64,000 nt of DNA, from positions 13,392,001 through 13,456,000 of the forward strand of contig OZ024757.1 in NCBI GenBank assembly GCA_964016885.1. The letters are read 5' to 3'. Shown here one piece after another: positions 15,001 through 27,015 of this stretch; positions within the stretch are counted from its first letter, which is position 1, and the number at the start of each line of letters is the position of its first letter. Under the pieces are notes generated by a model, which searched no databases, was not told the DNA's origin, and saw only the letters and a program-made list of their open reading frames with translations. The DNA is from Eledone cirrhosa. Taxonomy: Eukaryota. The position numbers were made by a program, and so were the translations under genes.

Positions 15001-18000
15001 TGGTACCAACTGTGGTTGGTACACTAGTAGTTAGTAGGTTAGACATGTAGAAGTGGTACCGACTGTGGTTGGTGTACTGGGAGTAGTTAGTAGGTTAGAC
15101 ATGTAGTAGTGGTACCAATTGTGGTTGGTACAGTAGGAGCAGTTAGTAGGTTAGACATGTAGAAGTGGTACCAATTGTGGTTGGTGTACTGGGAATAGTT
15201 AGTAGGTTAGACATGTAGAAGTAGTACCAATTGTGGTTGGTACACTAGGAGCAGTTAGTAGGTTAGACATGTAGAAGTGGTTCCAATTGTGGTTGGTTCA
15301 CTAGGAGCAGTTAGTAGGTTAGACATGTAGAAGTGGTACCAATTGTGGTTGGTACACTAGGAGCAGTTAGTAGGTTAGACATGTAGTAGTGGTACCGACT
15401 GTGGTTGGCGTACTGGAAGTAGTTAGTAGGTTAGACATGTAGTAGTGGTACCGACTGTGGTTGGTGTACTGGGAGTAGTTAGTAGGTTAGACATGTAGAA
15501 GTGGTACCGACTGTGGTTGGTACACTGGGAGTAGTTAGTAGGTTAGACATGTAGAAGTGGTACCGACTGTGGTTGGTACACTTGGAGTAGTTAGTAGGTT
15601 AGACATGTAGAAGTGGTACCAACTGTGGTTGGTACACTGGGAGCAGTTAGTAGGTTAGACATGTAGAAGTGGTACCAACTGTGGTTGGTGTACTGGGAGT
15701 AGTTAGTAGGTTAGACATGTAGTCGAGGTACCAACTGTGGTTGGTAGACTGGGAGTAGTTAGTAGGTTAGACATGTAGTAGTGGTACCAATTGTGGTTGG
15801 TACACTGGGAGTAGTTAGTAGGTTAGATATGTAGAAGTAGTATACACTGTGGTTGTTGTACTGGGAGTAGTTAGTATGTTAGACATGTAGTAGGTTAGAC
15901 ATGTAGTAGTGGTACCAACTGTAGTTGGTACACTGGGAGTGGTTAGTAGGTTAGACATGTGTACTGGGAGTAGTTAGTAGGTTAGACATGTAGTAGTGGT
16001 ACAAATTGTGGTTGGTACACTAGGAGTAGTTAGTAGGTTAGATATGTAGTAATGGTACCAATTGTGGTTGGTGTACTGGGAGTAGTTAGTAGGTTAGACA
16101 TGTAGTAGCGGTACCGACTGTGGTTGGTGTTCTGGGAGTAGTTAGTAGGTTAGACATGTAGAAGTGGTACCACATGTGGTTGGTGTACTGGGAGTAGTTA
16201 GTAGGTTAGACATATAGTAGTGGTACCGACTGTGGTTGGTACACTGGGAGTAGTTAGTAGGTTAGACATATAGTAGTGGTACCGACTGTGGTTGGTACAC
16301 TGGGAGTAGTTAGTAGGTTAGACATGTAGTAGTCGTACCAACTGTGGTTGGTTTACTGGGAGTAGTTAGTAGGTTAGACATGTAGTAGCGGTACCGACTG
16401 TGGTTGGTGTTCTGGGAGTAGTTAGTAGGTTAGACATGTAGAAGTGGTACCACATGTGGTTGGTGTACTGGGAGTAGTTAGTAGGTTAGACATATAGTAG
16501 TGGTACCGACTGTGGTTGGTACACTGGGAGTAGTTAGTAGGTTAGACATATAGTAGTGGTACCGACTGTGGTTGGTACACTGGAAGTAGTTAGTAGGTTA
16601 GACATGTAGTAGTGGTACCAACTGTGGTTGGTTTACTGGGAGTAGTTAGTAGGTTAGACATGTAGTAGTGGTACCAATTGTGGTTGGTGTACTGGGAGTA
16701 GTTAGTAGGTTAGACATATAGAAGTGGTACCGGCTGTGGTTGGTACACTGGGAGTAGTTAGTAGGTTAGACATGTAGAAGTGGTATCAACTGTGGTTGGT
16801 GTACCGGGAGTAGTTAGTAGGTTAGACGTGTAGAAGTGGTACCAATTGCAGTTGGTACACTGGGAGTAGTTATTAGGTTAGACACGTAGTAGTGGTACCG
16901 ACTGTGGTTGGTACACTGGGAGTAGTTAGTAGGTTAGAAATGTAGTAGTGGGACCAACTGTGGCTGGTCTACTGGGAGTAGTTAGGAGGTTAGACATGTA
17001 CTAGTGGTACCAACTGTGGTTGGTGTACTGGGAGTAGTTAGTAGGTTAGACATGTAGTATTGGTACCAAATGTGGTTGGTACACTAGGAGTAGTTAGTAG
17101 GTTAGACATGTAGAAGTGGTACCAATTGCAGTTGGTACACTGGGAGTAGTTAGTAGGTTAGACACGTAGTAGTGGTACCGACTGTGGTTGGTGTACTGGG
17201 AGTAGTTAGTAGGTAGACATGTAGTAGTGGTACCAACTGTGGTTGGTGTACTGGGCGTAGTTAGTAGGTTAGACATGTAGAAGTAGTATCGACTGTGGTT
17301 GGTACACTGGGAGTAGTTAGTAGGTTACACATGTAGTAGTGGTACCAACTGTGGTTGGTGTACTGGGAGTAGTTAGTAGGTTAGAAATATAGTAGTGGTA
17401 CCGACTGTGGTTTGTACACTGGGAGTAGTTAGTAGGTTAGACATATAGTAGTGGTACCGACTGTGGTTGGTACACTGGGAGTAGTTAGTAGGTTAGACAT
17501 GTAGTAGTGGTACCAACTGTGGTTGGTTTACAGGGAGTAGTTAGTAGGTTAGACATGTAGTAGTGGTACCAATTGTGGTTGGTGTACTGGGAGTAGTTAG
17601 TAGGTTAGACATGTAGTAGTGGTACCGACTGTGGTTGGTACACAGGGAGTAGTTAGTAGGTTAGACATGGAGTAGTGGTACCAACTGTGGTTGGTCTACT
17701 GAGAGTAGTTAGTAGGTTAGACATGTAGTAGTGGTACCAACTGTGGTTGGTGTACTGGGAGTAGTTAGTAGGATAGATATGTAGTATTGGTACCAACTGT
17801 GGTTGGTACATTAGGAGTAGTTAGTAGGTTAGACATGTAGAAGTGGTACCAATTGCAGTTGGTACACTGGGAGTAGTTAGTAGGTTAGACATGTACAAGT
17901 GGTACTAACTGTGGTTGGTGTACTGGGAGTAGTTAGTAGGTTAGACATGTAGAAGTGGTACCAACTGTGGTTGGTGTACTGGGAGTAGTTAGTAGATTAG

Positions 18001-21000
18001 ACATGTAGTAGTGGTACCGACTGTGGTTGGTGTACTGGGAGTAGTTAGTAGGTTAGACATGTAGTAGTGGTACCAACAGTGGTTGGTACACTGGGAGTAG
18101 TTAGTAGGTTAGACATGTAGTAGTGGTACCAATTGTGGTTGGTACACTAGGAGTAGTTAGTAGGTCAGACATGTAGTAGTTGTACCGACTGTGGTTGGTG
18201 TACTGGGAGTAGTTAGTAGGTTAGAAATGTAGTAGTGGTACCAACCGTGGTTGGTACACTAGTAGTTAGTAGGTAAGACATGTAGTAGTGGTACCGACTG
18301 TGGTTGGTGTACTGGGAGTAGTTAGTAGGTTAGGCATGTAGTAGTGGTACCAACTGTGGTTGGTGTACTGGGAGTAGTTAGTAGGTTAGTCAACTAGAAG
18401 TGGTACCAACTGTGGTTGGTGTACTGGGAGTAGTTAGTATGATAGACATGTAGTAGGTTAGACATGTAGTAGTGGTACCAACTGTGGTTGGTACACTGGG
18501 AGTAGTTAGTAGGTTAGACATGTAGTAGTGGTAACAACTGTGGTTGGTGTACTGGGAGTAGTTAGTAGCTTAGACATGTAGAAGTGGTACCAATTGCAGT
18601 TGGTACACTGGGAGTAGTTAGTAGGTTAGACATGTAGAAGTAGTATCGACTGTGGATGGTGTACTGGGAGTAGTTAGTAGGTTAGACATGTAGAAGTGGT
18701 ACTAACTGTGGTTGGTGTACTGGGAGTAGTTAGTAGGTTAGACATGTAGAAGTGGTACCAACTGTGGTTGGTGTACTGGGAGTCGTTAGTAGGTTAGACA
18801 TGTAGTAGTGGTACCAAATGTGGTTGGTACACTAGGACTAGTTAGTAGGTCAGACATGTAGTAGTTGTACCGACTGTGGTTGGTGTACTGGGAGTAGTTA
18901 GTAGGTTATACATGTAGTAGTGGTACCAACTGTGGTTGGTACACTAGTAGTTAGTAGGTTAGACATGTAGTAGTTGTACCAACTGTGGTTGGTGTACTGG
19001 GAGTAGTTAGTAGGTTAGACATGTAGTAGTGATACCAACTGTGGTTGGTACACTAGTAGTTAGTAGGGTAGACATGTAGTAGTGGTACCGACTGTGGTTG
19101 GTGTACTGGGAGTAGTTAGTAGGTTAGACATGTAGAAGTGGTTCCAATTGCAGTTGCTACACTGGGAGTAGTTAGTAGGTTAGATATGTAGAAGTAGTAT
19201 CGACTGTGGTTGGTGTACTGGGAGGAGTTAGCAGGTTAGACATGTTGTAGTGGTACCGACTGTGGTTGGTACACTGGGAGTAGTTAGTAGGTTAGACATG
19301 TAGTAGTGGTACCAACTGTGGTTGGTACACTGGGAGTAGTTAGTAGGTTAGACATGTAGAAGTGGTACCGACTGTGGTTGGTGTACTGGGAGTAGTTAGT
19401 AGGTTAGACATGTAGTAGTGGTACCAACTGTGGTTGGTACACTGGGAGTAGTTAGTAGGTTAGACATGTAGAAGTGGTACCGACTGTGGTTGGTGTACTG
19501 GGAGGAGTTAGCAGGTTAGACATGTTGTAGTGGTACCGACTGTGGTTGGTGTACTGGGAGTAGTTAGTAGGTTAGACATGTAGAAGTGGTACCAACTGTG
19601 GTTGGTGTACTGGGAGTAGTTAGTAGGTTAGACATGTAGTAGTGGTACCGACTGTGGTTGGTACACTGGGAGTAGTTATTAGGTTAGGCATGTAGTAGTG
19701 GTACCAATTGTGGTTGGTACACTAGGAGTTGTTAGTAGGTCAGACATGTAGTAGTTGTACCGACTGTGGTTGTTGTACTGGGAGTAGTTAGTAGGTTAGA
19801 CATGTAGTAGTGGTACCAACTGTGGTTGGTACACTAGTAGTTAGTAGGTTAGACATGTAGTAGTGGTACCGACTGTGGATGGTGTACTGGGAGTAGTTAG
19901 TAGGTTAGGCATGTAGAAGTGGTACCAACTGTGGTTGGTGTACTGGGAGTAGTTACTAGGTTAGACATGTAGTAGTGGTACCAACTGTGGTTGGTACACT
20001 AGTAGTTAGTAGGTTAGACATGTAGAAGTGGTACCGACTGTGGTTGGTGTACTGGGAGTAGTTAGTAGGTTAGACATGTAGTAGTGGTACCAATTGTGGT
20101 TGGTACACTAGGAGCAGTTAGTAGGTTAGACATGTAGAAGTGGTACCAATTGTGGTTGGTGTACTGGGAATAGTTAGTAGGTTAGACATGTAGAAGTAGT
20201 ACCAATTGTGGTTGGTACACTAGGAGCAGTTAGTAGGTTAGACATGTAGAAGTGGTTCCAATTGTGGTTGGTTCACTAGGAGCAGTTAGTAGGTTAGACA
20301 TGTAGAAGTGGTACCAATTGTGGTTGGTACACTAGGAGCAGTTAGTAGGTTAGACATGTAGTAGTGGTACCGACTGTGGTTGGCGTACTGGAAGTAGTTA
20401 GTAGGTTAGACATGTAGTAGTGGTACCGACTGTGGTTGGTGTACTGGGAGTAGTTAGTAGGTTAGACATGTAGAAGTGGTACCGACTGTGGTTGGTACAC
20501 TGGGAGTAGTTAGTAGGTTAGACATGTAGAAGTGGTACCGACTGTGGTTGGTACACTTGGAGTAGTTAGTAGGTTAGACATGTAGAAGTGGTACCAACTG
20601 TGGTTGGTACACTGGGAGCAGTTAGTAGGTTAGACATGTAGAAGTGGTACCAACTGTGGTTGGTGTACTGGGAGTAGTTAGTAGGTTAGACATGTAGTCG
20701 AGGTACCAACTGTGGTTGGTAGACTGGGAGTAGTTAGTAGGTTAGACATGTAGTAGTGGTACCAATTGTGGTTGGTACACTGGGAGTAGTTAGTAGGTTA
20801 GATATGTAGAAGTAGTATACACTGTGGTTGTTGTACTGGGAGTAGTTAGTATGTTAGACATGTAGTAGGTTAGACATGTAGTAGTGGTACCAACTGTAGT
20901 TGGTACACTGGGAGTGGTTAGTAGGTTAGACATGTGTACTGGGAGTAGTTAGTAGGTTAGACATGTAGTCGAGGTACCAACTGTGGTTGGTAGACTGGGA

Positions 21001-24000
21001 GTAGTTAGTAGGTTAGTCATGTAGTAGTGGTACCAATTGTGGTTGGTACACTGGGAGTAGTTAGTAGGTTAGATATGTAGAAGTAGTATACACTGTGGTT
21101 GTTGTACTGGGAGTGGTTAGTAGGTTAGACATGTAGTAGTGGTACCAATTGTGGTTGGTACACTACGAGTAGTTAGTAGGTTAGATATGTAGAAGCAGTA
21201 TCGACTGTGGTTGGTGTACTGGGAGTAGTTAGTAGGTTACACATATAGTAGTGGTACCGACTGTGGTTGGTGTACTGGGAGTAGTTAGTAGGTTAGACAT
21301 GTAGTAGTGGTACCAACTGTGGTTAGTACACTAGTAGTAGTTAGTAGGTTAGACATATAGTAGTGGTACCAACTGTGGTTGGTACACTAGGATTAGTTAG
21401 TAGGTTAGATATGTAGTAGTGGTACCGACTGTGGTTGGTGTACTGGGAGTAGTTAGTAGGTTAGACATGTAGTAGTGGTACCGACTGTGGTTGGTGTACT
21501 GGGAGTAGTTAGTAGGTTAGGCATCTAGAAGTGGTACAAACTGTGGTTGGTGTACTGGGAGTAGTTAGTAGGTTAGACATGTAGTAGTGGTACCAACCGT
21601 GGTTGGTACACTGGGAGTAGTTAGTAGGTTAGACATGTAGTAGTGGTACCAATTGTGGTTGGTACACTAGGAGCAGCTAGTAGGTTAGACATGTAGAAGT
21701 GGTACCAATTATGGTTGGTGTACTGGGAGTAGTTAGTAGGTTAGACATGTAGAAGTGGTACCAATTGTGGTTGGTACACTGGGAGTAGTTAGAAGGTTAG
21801 ACATGTAGAAGTGGTACCGACTGGTTTCTTGTACTGGGAGTAGTTAGTAGGTTAGACATGTAGAAGTGGTACCAATTGTGGTTGGTACACAGGGAGTAGT
21901 TAGTAGGTTAGACATGTAGAAGTGGTACCAAATTGTGGTTGGTACACTACGAGCAGTTAGTAGGTTAGACATGTAGAAGTGGTACCAACAGTGGTTGGTG
22001 TACTGGGAGTAGTTAGTCGGTTGACATATAGTAGTGGTACCGACTGTGGTTGGTGTACTGGGAGTAGTTAGTAGGTTAGACATGTAGTAGTGGTACCAAT
22101 TGTGGTTGGTGTACTGGGAGTAGTTAGTAGGTTAGACATGTAGTAGTGGTACCAATTGTGGTTGGTACACTAGGAGCAGTTAGTAGGTGAGACATGTATA
22201 AGCGATACCAACTGTGGTTTGTGTACTGCGAATAGTTAGTAGGTTAGACATGTAGAAGTGGTACCGACTGTGCTTAGTACACTAGGAGCAGTTAGTAGGT
22301 TAGAAATGTAGAAGTAGTACCGACTGTGGTTGGCATACTAGGAGCGGTTAGTAGGTTAGACATACAGAAGTGGTACCAATTGTGGTTGGTACACTAGGAG
22401 CAGTTAGTAGGTTAGACATGTAGAAGTGGTACCAATTGTGGTTGGTACACTAGGAGCAGTTAGTAGGTTGGTACACTAGGAGTAGTTAGTAGGTTAGACA
22501 CGTAGTAGTGGTACCAACTGTGTTTAGTGTACTGGGAGTAGTTAGTAGGTTAGACATGTAGTAGTGGTACCAACTCTGGTTGGTACATTGGGAGTAGTTA
22601 GTAGGGTAGACATGTAGTAGGGGTACCAATTGCAATTAGTACACAAGGAGTAGTTAGTAGGTTAGATATTTAGAAGTAGTATCGACTGTGGTTGGTACAC
22701 TGGGAGTAGTTAGTAGGTTAGATACGTAGTAGTGGTACCGACTGTGGTTGGTGTACTGGGAGTAGTCAGTAGGTTAGACATGTCTAAACTACTAACTACT
22801 CCCAGTACACCAACCACAGTCGGTACCACTACTACATGTCTAACCTACTAACTACTCCTAGTGTACCAACCTACTAACTGCTCCTAGTGTACCAACCACA
22901 ATTGGTACCACTTCTACATGTCTAACCTACTAACTGCTCATGGTGTACCAACCACAATTGTTACCACTTCTACATGTCTAACCTACTAACCGCTCCTAGT
23001 ATACCAACCACAGTCGGTACTACTTCTACATTTCTAACCTACTAACTACTCCCAGTGTACCAACCACAGTTGGTACCACTTCTACATGTCTAACCTACTA
23101 ACTACTCCCAGTGTACCAACCACAGTCGGTACCACTTCTACATGTCTAACCTACTAACTATTCCCAGTACACCAACCACAATTGGTACCACTTCTACATA
23201 TCTAACCTACTAACTACTCCTAGTGTACCAACCACAATTGGTACCACTACTACATGTCTAACCTACTAACTACTCCCAGTACACCAACCACAGTCGGTAC
23301 CACTACTACGTATCTAACCTACTAACTACTCCCAGTGTACCAACCACAGTCGATACTACTTCTACATATCTAACCTACTAACTACTCCTAGTGTACTAAT
23401 CACAATTGGTACCCCTACTACATGTCTAACCTACTAACTACTCCCAGTGTACCAACCAGAGTTGGTACCACTACGACATGTCTAACCTACTAACTACTCC
23501 CAGTACACCAAACACAGTTGGTATCACTACTATATGTCTAACCTACTAACTACTCCCAGTACACCAACCACAGTCGGTACCACTACTACATGTCTAACCT
23601 ACTAACTACTCCTAGTGTACCAACCTACTAACTGCTCCTAGTGTACCAACCACAATTGGTACCACTTCTACATGTGTAACCTACTAACCGCTCCTAGTAC
23701 ACCAACCACAGTCGGTACTACTTCTACATTTCTAACCTACTAACTTCTCTTAGTGTACTAAGCACAGTCGGTACCACTTCTACATGTCTAACCTACTAAC
23801 TATTCGCAGTGTACCAACCACAGTCGGTACCACTTCTACATGTCTAAACTACTAACTACTCCCAGTGTACCAACCACAGTCGGTACCACTTCTACATGTC
23901 TAACCTACTAACTACTCCCAGTGTACCAACCACAGTCGGTACCACTTCTACATGTCTAAATTACTAACTACTCCCAGTGTACCAACCACAGTTGGTACCA

Positions 24001-26795
24001 CTTCTACATGTCTAACCAACTAACTACTCCTAGTGTACCAACCACAGTCGGTACCATTTTGACATGTCTAACCTACTAACTACGCCTAGTGTACCAACCA
24101 CAGTCAGTACTACTTCTACATGTCTAACCTACTAACTACTCCCAGTACACCATCCACAGTCGGTACCGCTTCTACATGTCTAACCTACTAACTGCTCCTA
24201 GTCTACCAACCACAATTGGTACCACTTCTACATGTCTAACCTACTAACTGCTCCTAGTGTACCAACCACAATTGGTACCACTTCTACATGTCTAACCTAC
24301 TAACTGCTCCTAGTGTACCAACCACAATTGGTACTACTTCTACATGTCTAACCTACTAACTACTCCCAGTACACCAACCACAGTCGGTACCACTACTACA
24401 TGTCTAACCTACTAACTACTCCCAGTACACCAACCAGTCGGTACCACTACTACGTATCTAACCTACTAACTACTCCCAGTGTACCAACCACAGTGGATAC
24501 TACTTCTAGATATCTAACCTACTAACTACTCCTAGTGTACTAACTACAATTGGTACCCCTACTACATGTCTAACCTACTAACTACTCCCAGTGTACTAAC
24601 CAGAGTTGGTACCACTATTACATGTCTAACCTACTAACTACTCCCAGTACACCAAACACAGTTGGTATCACTACTATATGTCTAACCTACTAACTACTCC
24701 CAGTACACCAACCACAGTTGGTACCACTACTACATGTCTAAACTACTAACTACTCCCAGTACACCAACCACAGTCGGTACCACTACTACATGTCTAACCT
24801 ACTAACTACTCCTAGTGTACCAACCTACTAACTGCTCCTAGTGTACCAACCACAATTGGTACCACTTCTACATGTCTAACCTACTAGCCGCTCCTAGTAT
24901 ACCAACTACAGTCAGTACCACTTCTACATGTCTAACCTACTAACTACTCCCAGTGTACAAACCACAGTTGGTACCACTTCTACATGTCTAACCAACTAAC
25001 TACTCCTCGTGTACTAACCACAGTCGGTACCATTTTGACATGTCTAACCTACTAACTACTCCTAGTGTACCAACCACAGTCAGTACTACTTCTACATGTC
25101 TAACCTACTAACTACTCCCAGTACACCAACCACAGTCGGTACCGCTTATACATGTCTCACCTACTAACTGCTCCTAGTGTACCAACCACAATTGGTACCA
25201 CTACTACATGTCTAACCTACTAACTACTCCCAGTACACCAACCACAATTGGTACCACTACTACATGTCTAACCTACTAACTACTGCCAGTACACCAACCA
25301 CAGTCGGTACCACTACTATATGTCAACCTACTAACTACTCCCAGTACACCAACCACAGTTGGTAACACTTCTACATGTCTAACCTACTAACTACTCCCAG
25401 TGCACCAACCAGAGTCGGTACTACTACTACATGTCTAACCTACTAACTACTCCTTGTGTAGACATGTAGAAGTGGTACCAATCGTGGTTGGTACACTAGG
25501 AGCAGTTAGTAGGTTAGACATGTAGAAGTAGTATCGACTGTGGTTGGTGTACTGGGAGTAGTTAGTAGGTTAGACATGTAGTAGTGGTACCAACTGTGGT
25601 TGGTGTACTGGGAGTAGTTAGTAGGTTAGACATGTAGAAGCGGTACCCACTGTGGTTGGTGTACTGGGAGTAGTTAGTAGGTTAGACATGTAGTAGTGGT
25701 ACCGACTGTGGTTGGTACACAAGGAGTAGTTAGTAGGTTAGACATGTAGTAGTAGTACCGACTCTGGTTGGTGTACTGGGTGTAGTTAGTAGGTTAGACA
25801 TGTAGAAGTGGTACCAACTGTGGTTGGTGTACTGGGAGTAGTTAGTAGGTTAGACATGTAGAAGTGGTACCAATTGTGGTTGGTGTACTGGGAGTAGTTA
25901 GTAGGTTAGACATGTAGTAATGGTACCAATTGTGGTTGGTACACTAGGAGCAGTTAGTAGGTGAGACATGTATAAGCGGTACCGACTGTGGTTGGTGTAC
26001 TGGGTGTAGTTAGTAGGTTAGACATGTAGAAGTAGTACTGACTGTGGTTGGTACACAAGGAGTAGTTAGTAGGTTAGACATGTCGAAATGGTACCGACTG
26101 TGGTTGGTACACTAGGAGTAGTTAGTTGGTTAGACATGTAGAAATGGTACCGACTGTGGTTGGTACACTAGGAGTAGTTAGTAGGTTAGACATGTAGAAG
26201 TGGTACCGACTGTGGTTGGTACACTAGGAGTAGTTAGTAGGTTAGACATGTAGAAATGGTACCAACTGTGGTTGGTACACTAGGAGTAGTTAGTAGGTTA
26301 GACATGTAGAAGTGGTACCAACTGTGGTTGGTGTACTGGGAGTAGTTAGTAGGTTAGACATGTAGAAGTGGTACCAATTGTGATTGGTGTACTGGGAGTA
26401 GTTAGTAGGTTAGACATGTAGTAATGGTACCAATTGTGGTTGGTACACTAGGAGCAGTTAGTAGGTGAGACATGTATAAGCGGTACCGACTGTGGTTGGT
26501 GTACTGGGAGTAGTTAGTAGGTTAGACATGTAGAAGTAGTACTGACTGTGGTTGGTACACAAGGAGTAGTTAGTAGGTTAGACATGTCGAAATGGTACCG
26601 ACTGTGGTTGGTACACTAGGAGTAGTTAGTTGGTTAGACATGTAGAAATGGTACCGACTGTGGTTGGTACACTAGGAGTAATTAGTAGGTTAGACATGTA
26701 GAAGTGGTACCGACTGTGGTTGGTACACTAGGAGTAGTTAGTAGGTTAGACATGTAGAAATGGTACCGACTGTGGTTGGTACACTAGGAGTAGTT
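1..26795. repeat. 56-bp tandem satellite, about 480 monomers; consensus TAGTAGGTTAGACATGTAG(T/A)AGTGGTACC(A/G)ACTGTGGTTGGT(GT/AC)ACTGGGAGTAGT
   Basis: Period read directly (TACTGGGAG at 61 and 117). Common 53-bp variant CACTA[GGA]GTAG. Runs off the left edge of the window and ends at GGAGTAGTT|AATAAAATC. Confidence 0.98.
22781..25460 (-). repeat. Inverted block of the 56-bp satellite
   Basis: Monomers read as the reverse complement (CTACTAACTACTCCCAGTACACCAACCACAG). Left switch is at the palindrome TTAGACA|TGTCTAA (22780/22781); right switch is at CCTTGTGTA|GACATG (~25460). Confidence 0.97.
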
Positions 26796-27015
26796 AATAA
26801 AATCTTAGATGTATGGCTTGAGAAGCTAGGAATTACCATCAGGACTGGGTTGTTGCAGAAAACAACCTTGTTGGCAACAGCAAGAATTCTAAGAAGGGTG
26901 TTGTATAGTTGAAGTAGAAGGAATGACCCAAAGGACCTTTGGCCATTGGTTATGGCTCACTCTTTTGGCATCATGTCGGTATAACATCTGCCAGAACAAA
27001 AGAGAATAATAATAA
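26751..27015 (+). mobile_element. 3' end of an R4/Dong-like (restriction-like endonuclease) non-LTR retrotransposon: C-terminal codons, 3'UTR, (AAT)n tail
   Basis: Manual translation from 26751: HVEMVPTVVGTLGVVNKILDVWLEKLGITIRTGLLQKTTLLATARILRRVLYS* (TGA 26910-26912). This matches the V-x-V-I-P-V-V-I-G-A-L-G...LQK..LLGTARILR.VL C-terminus of R4/Dong elements. AATAATAATAA at ~27005-27015. Confidence 0.85.

Noticed and set aside
4796-22083. Thr/Pro-rich minus-strand ORFs (mucin-like)
   Set aside because: The 56-bp period is not a multiple of 3 and stops recur; these short ORFs arise where indels or SNPs skip a stop.
1-26795. CRISPR array or other repeat-spacer system
   Set aside because: Monomers are head-to-tail with only SNP/indel variation, no unique spacers and no cas-like ORFs; the context is eukaryotic.
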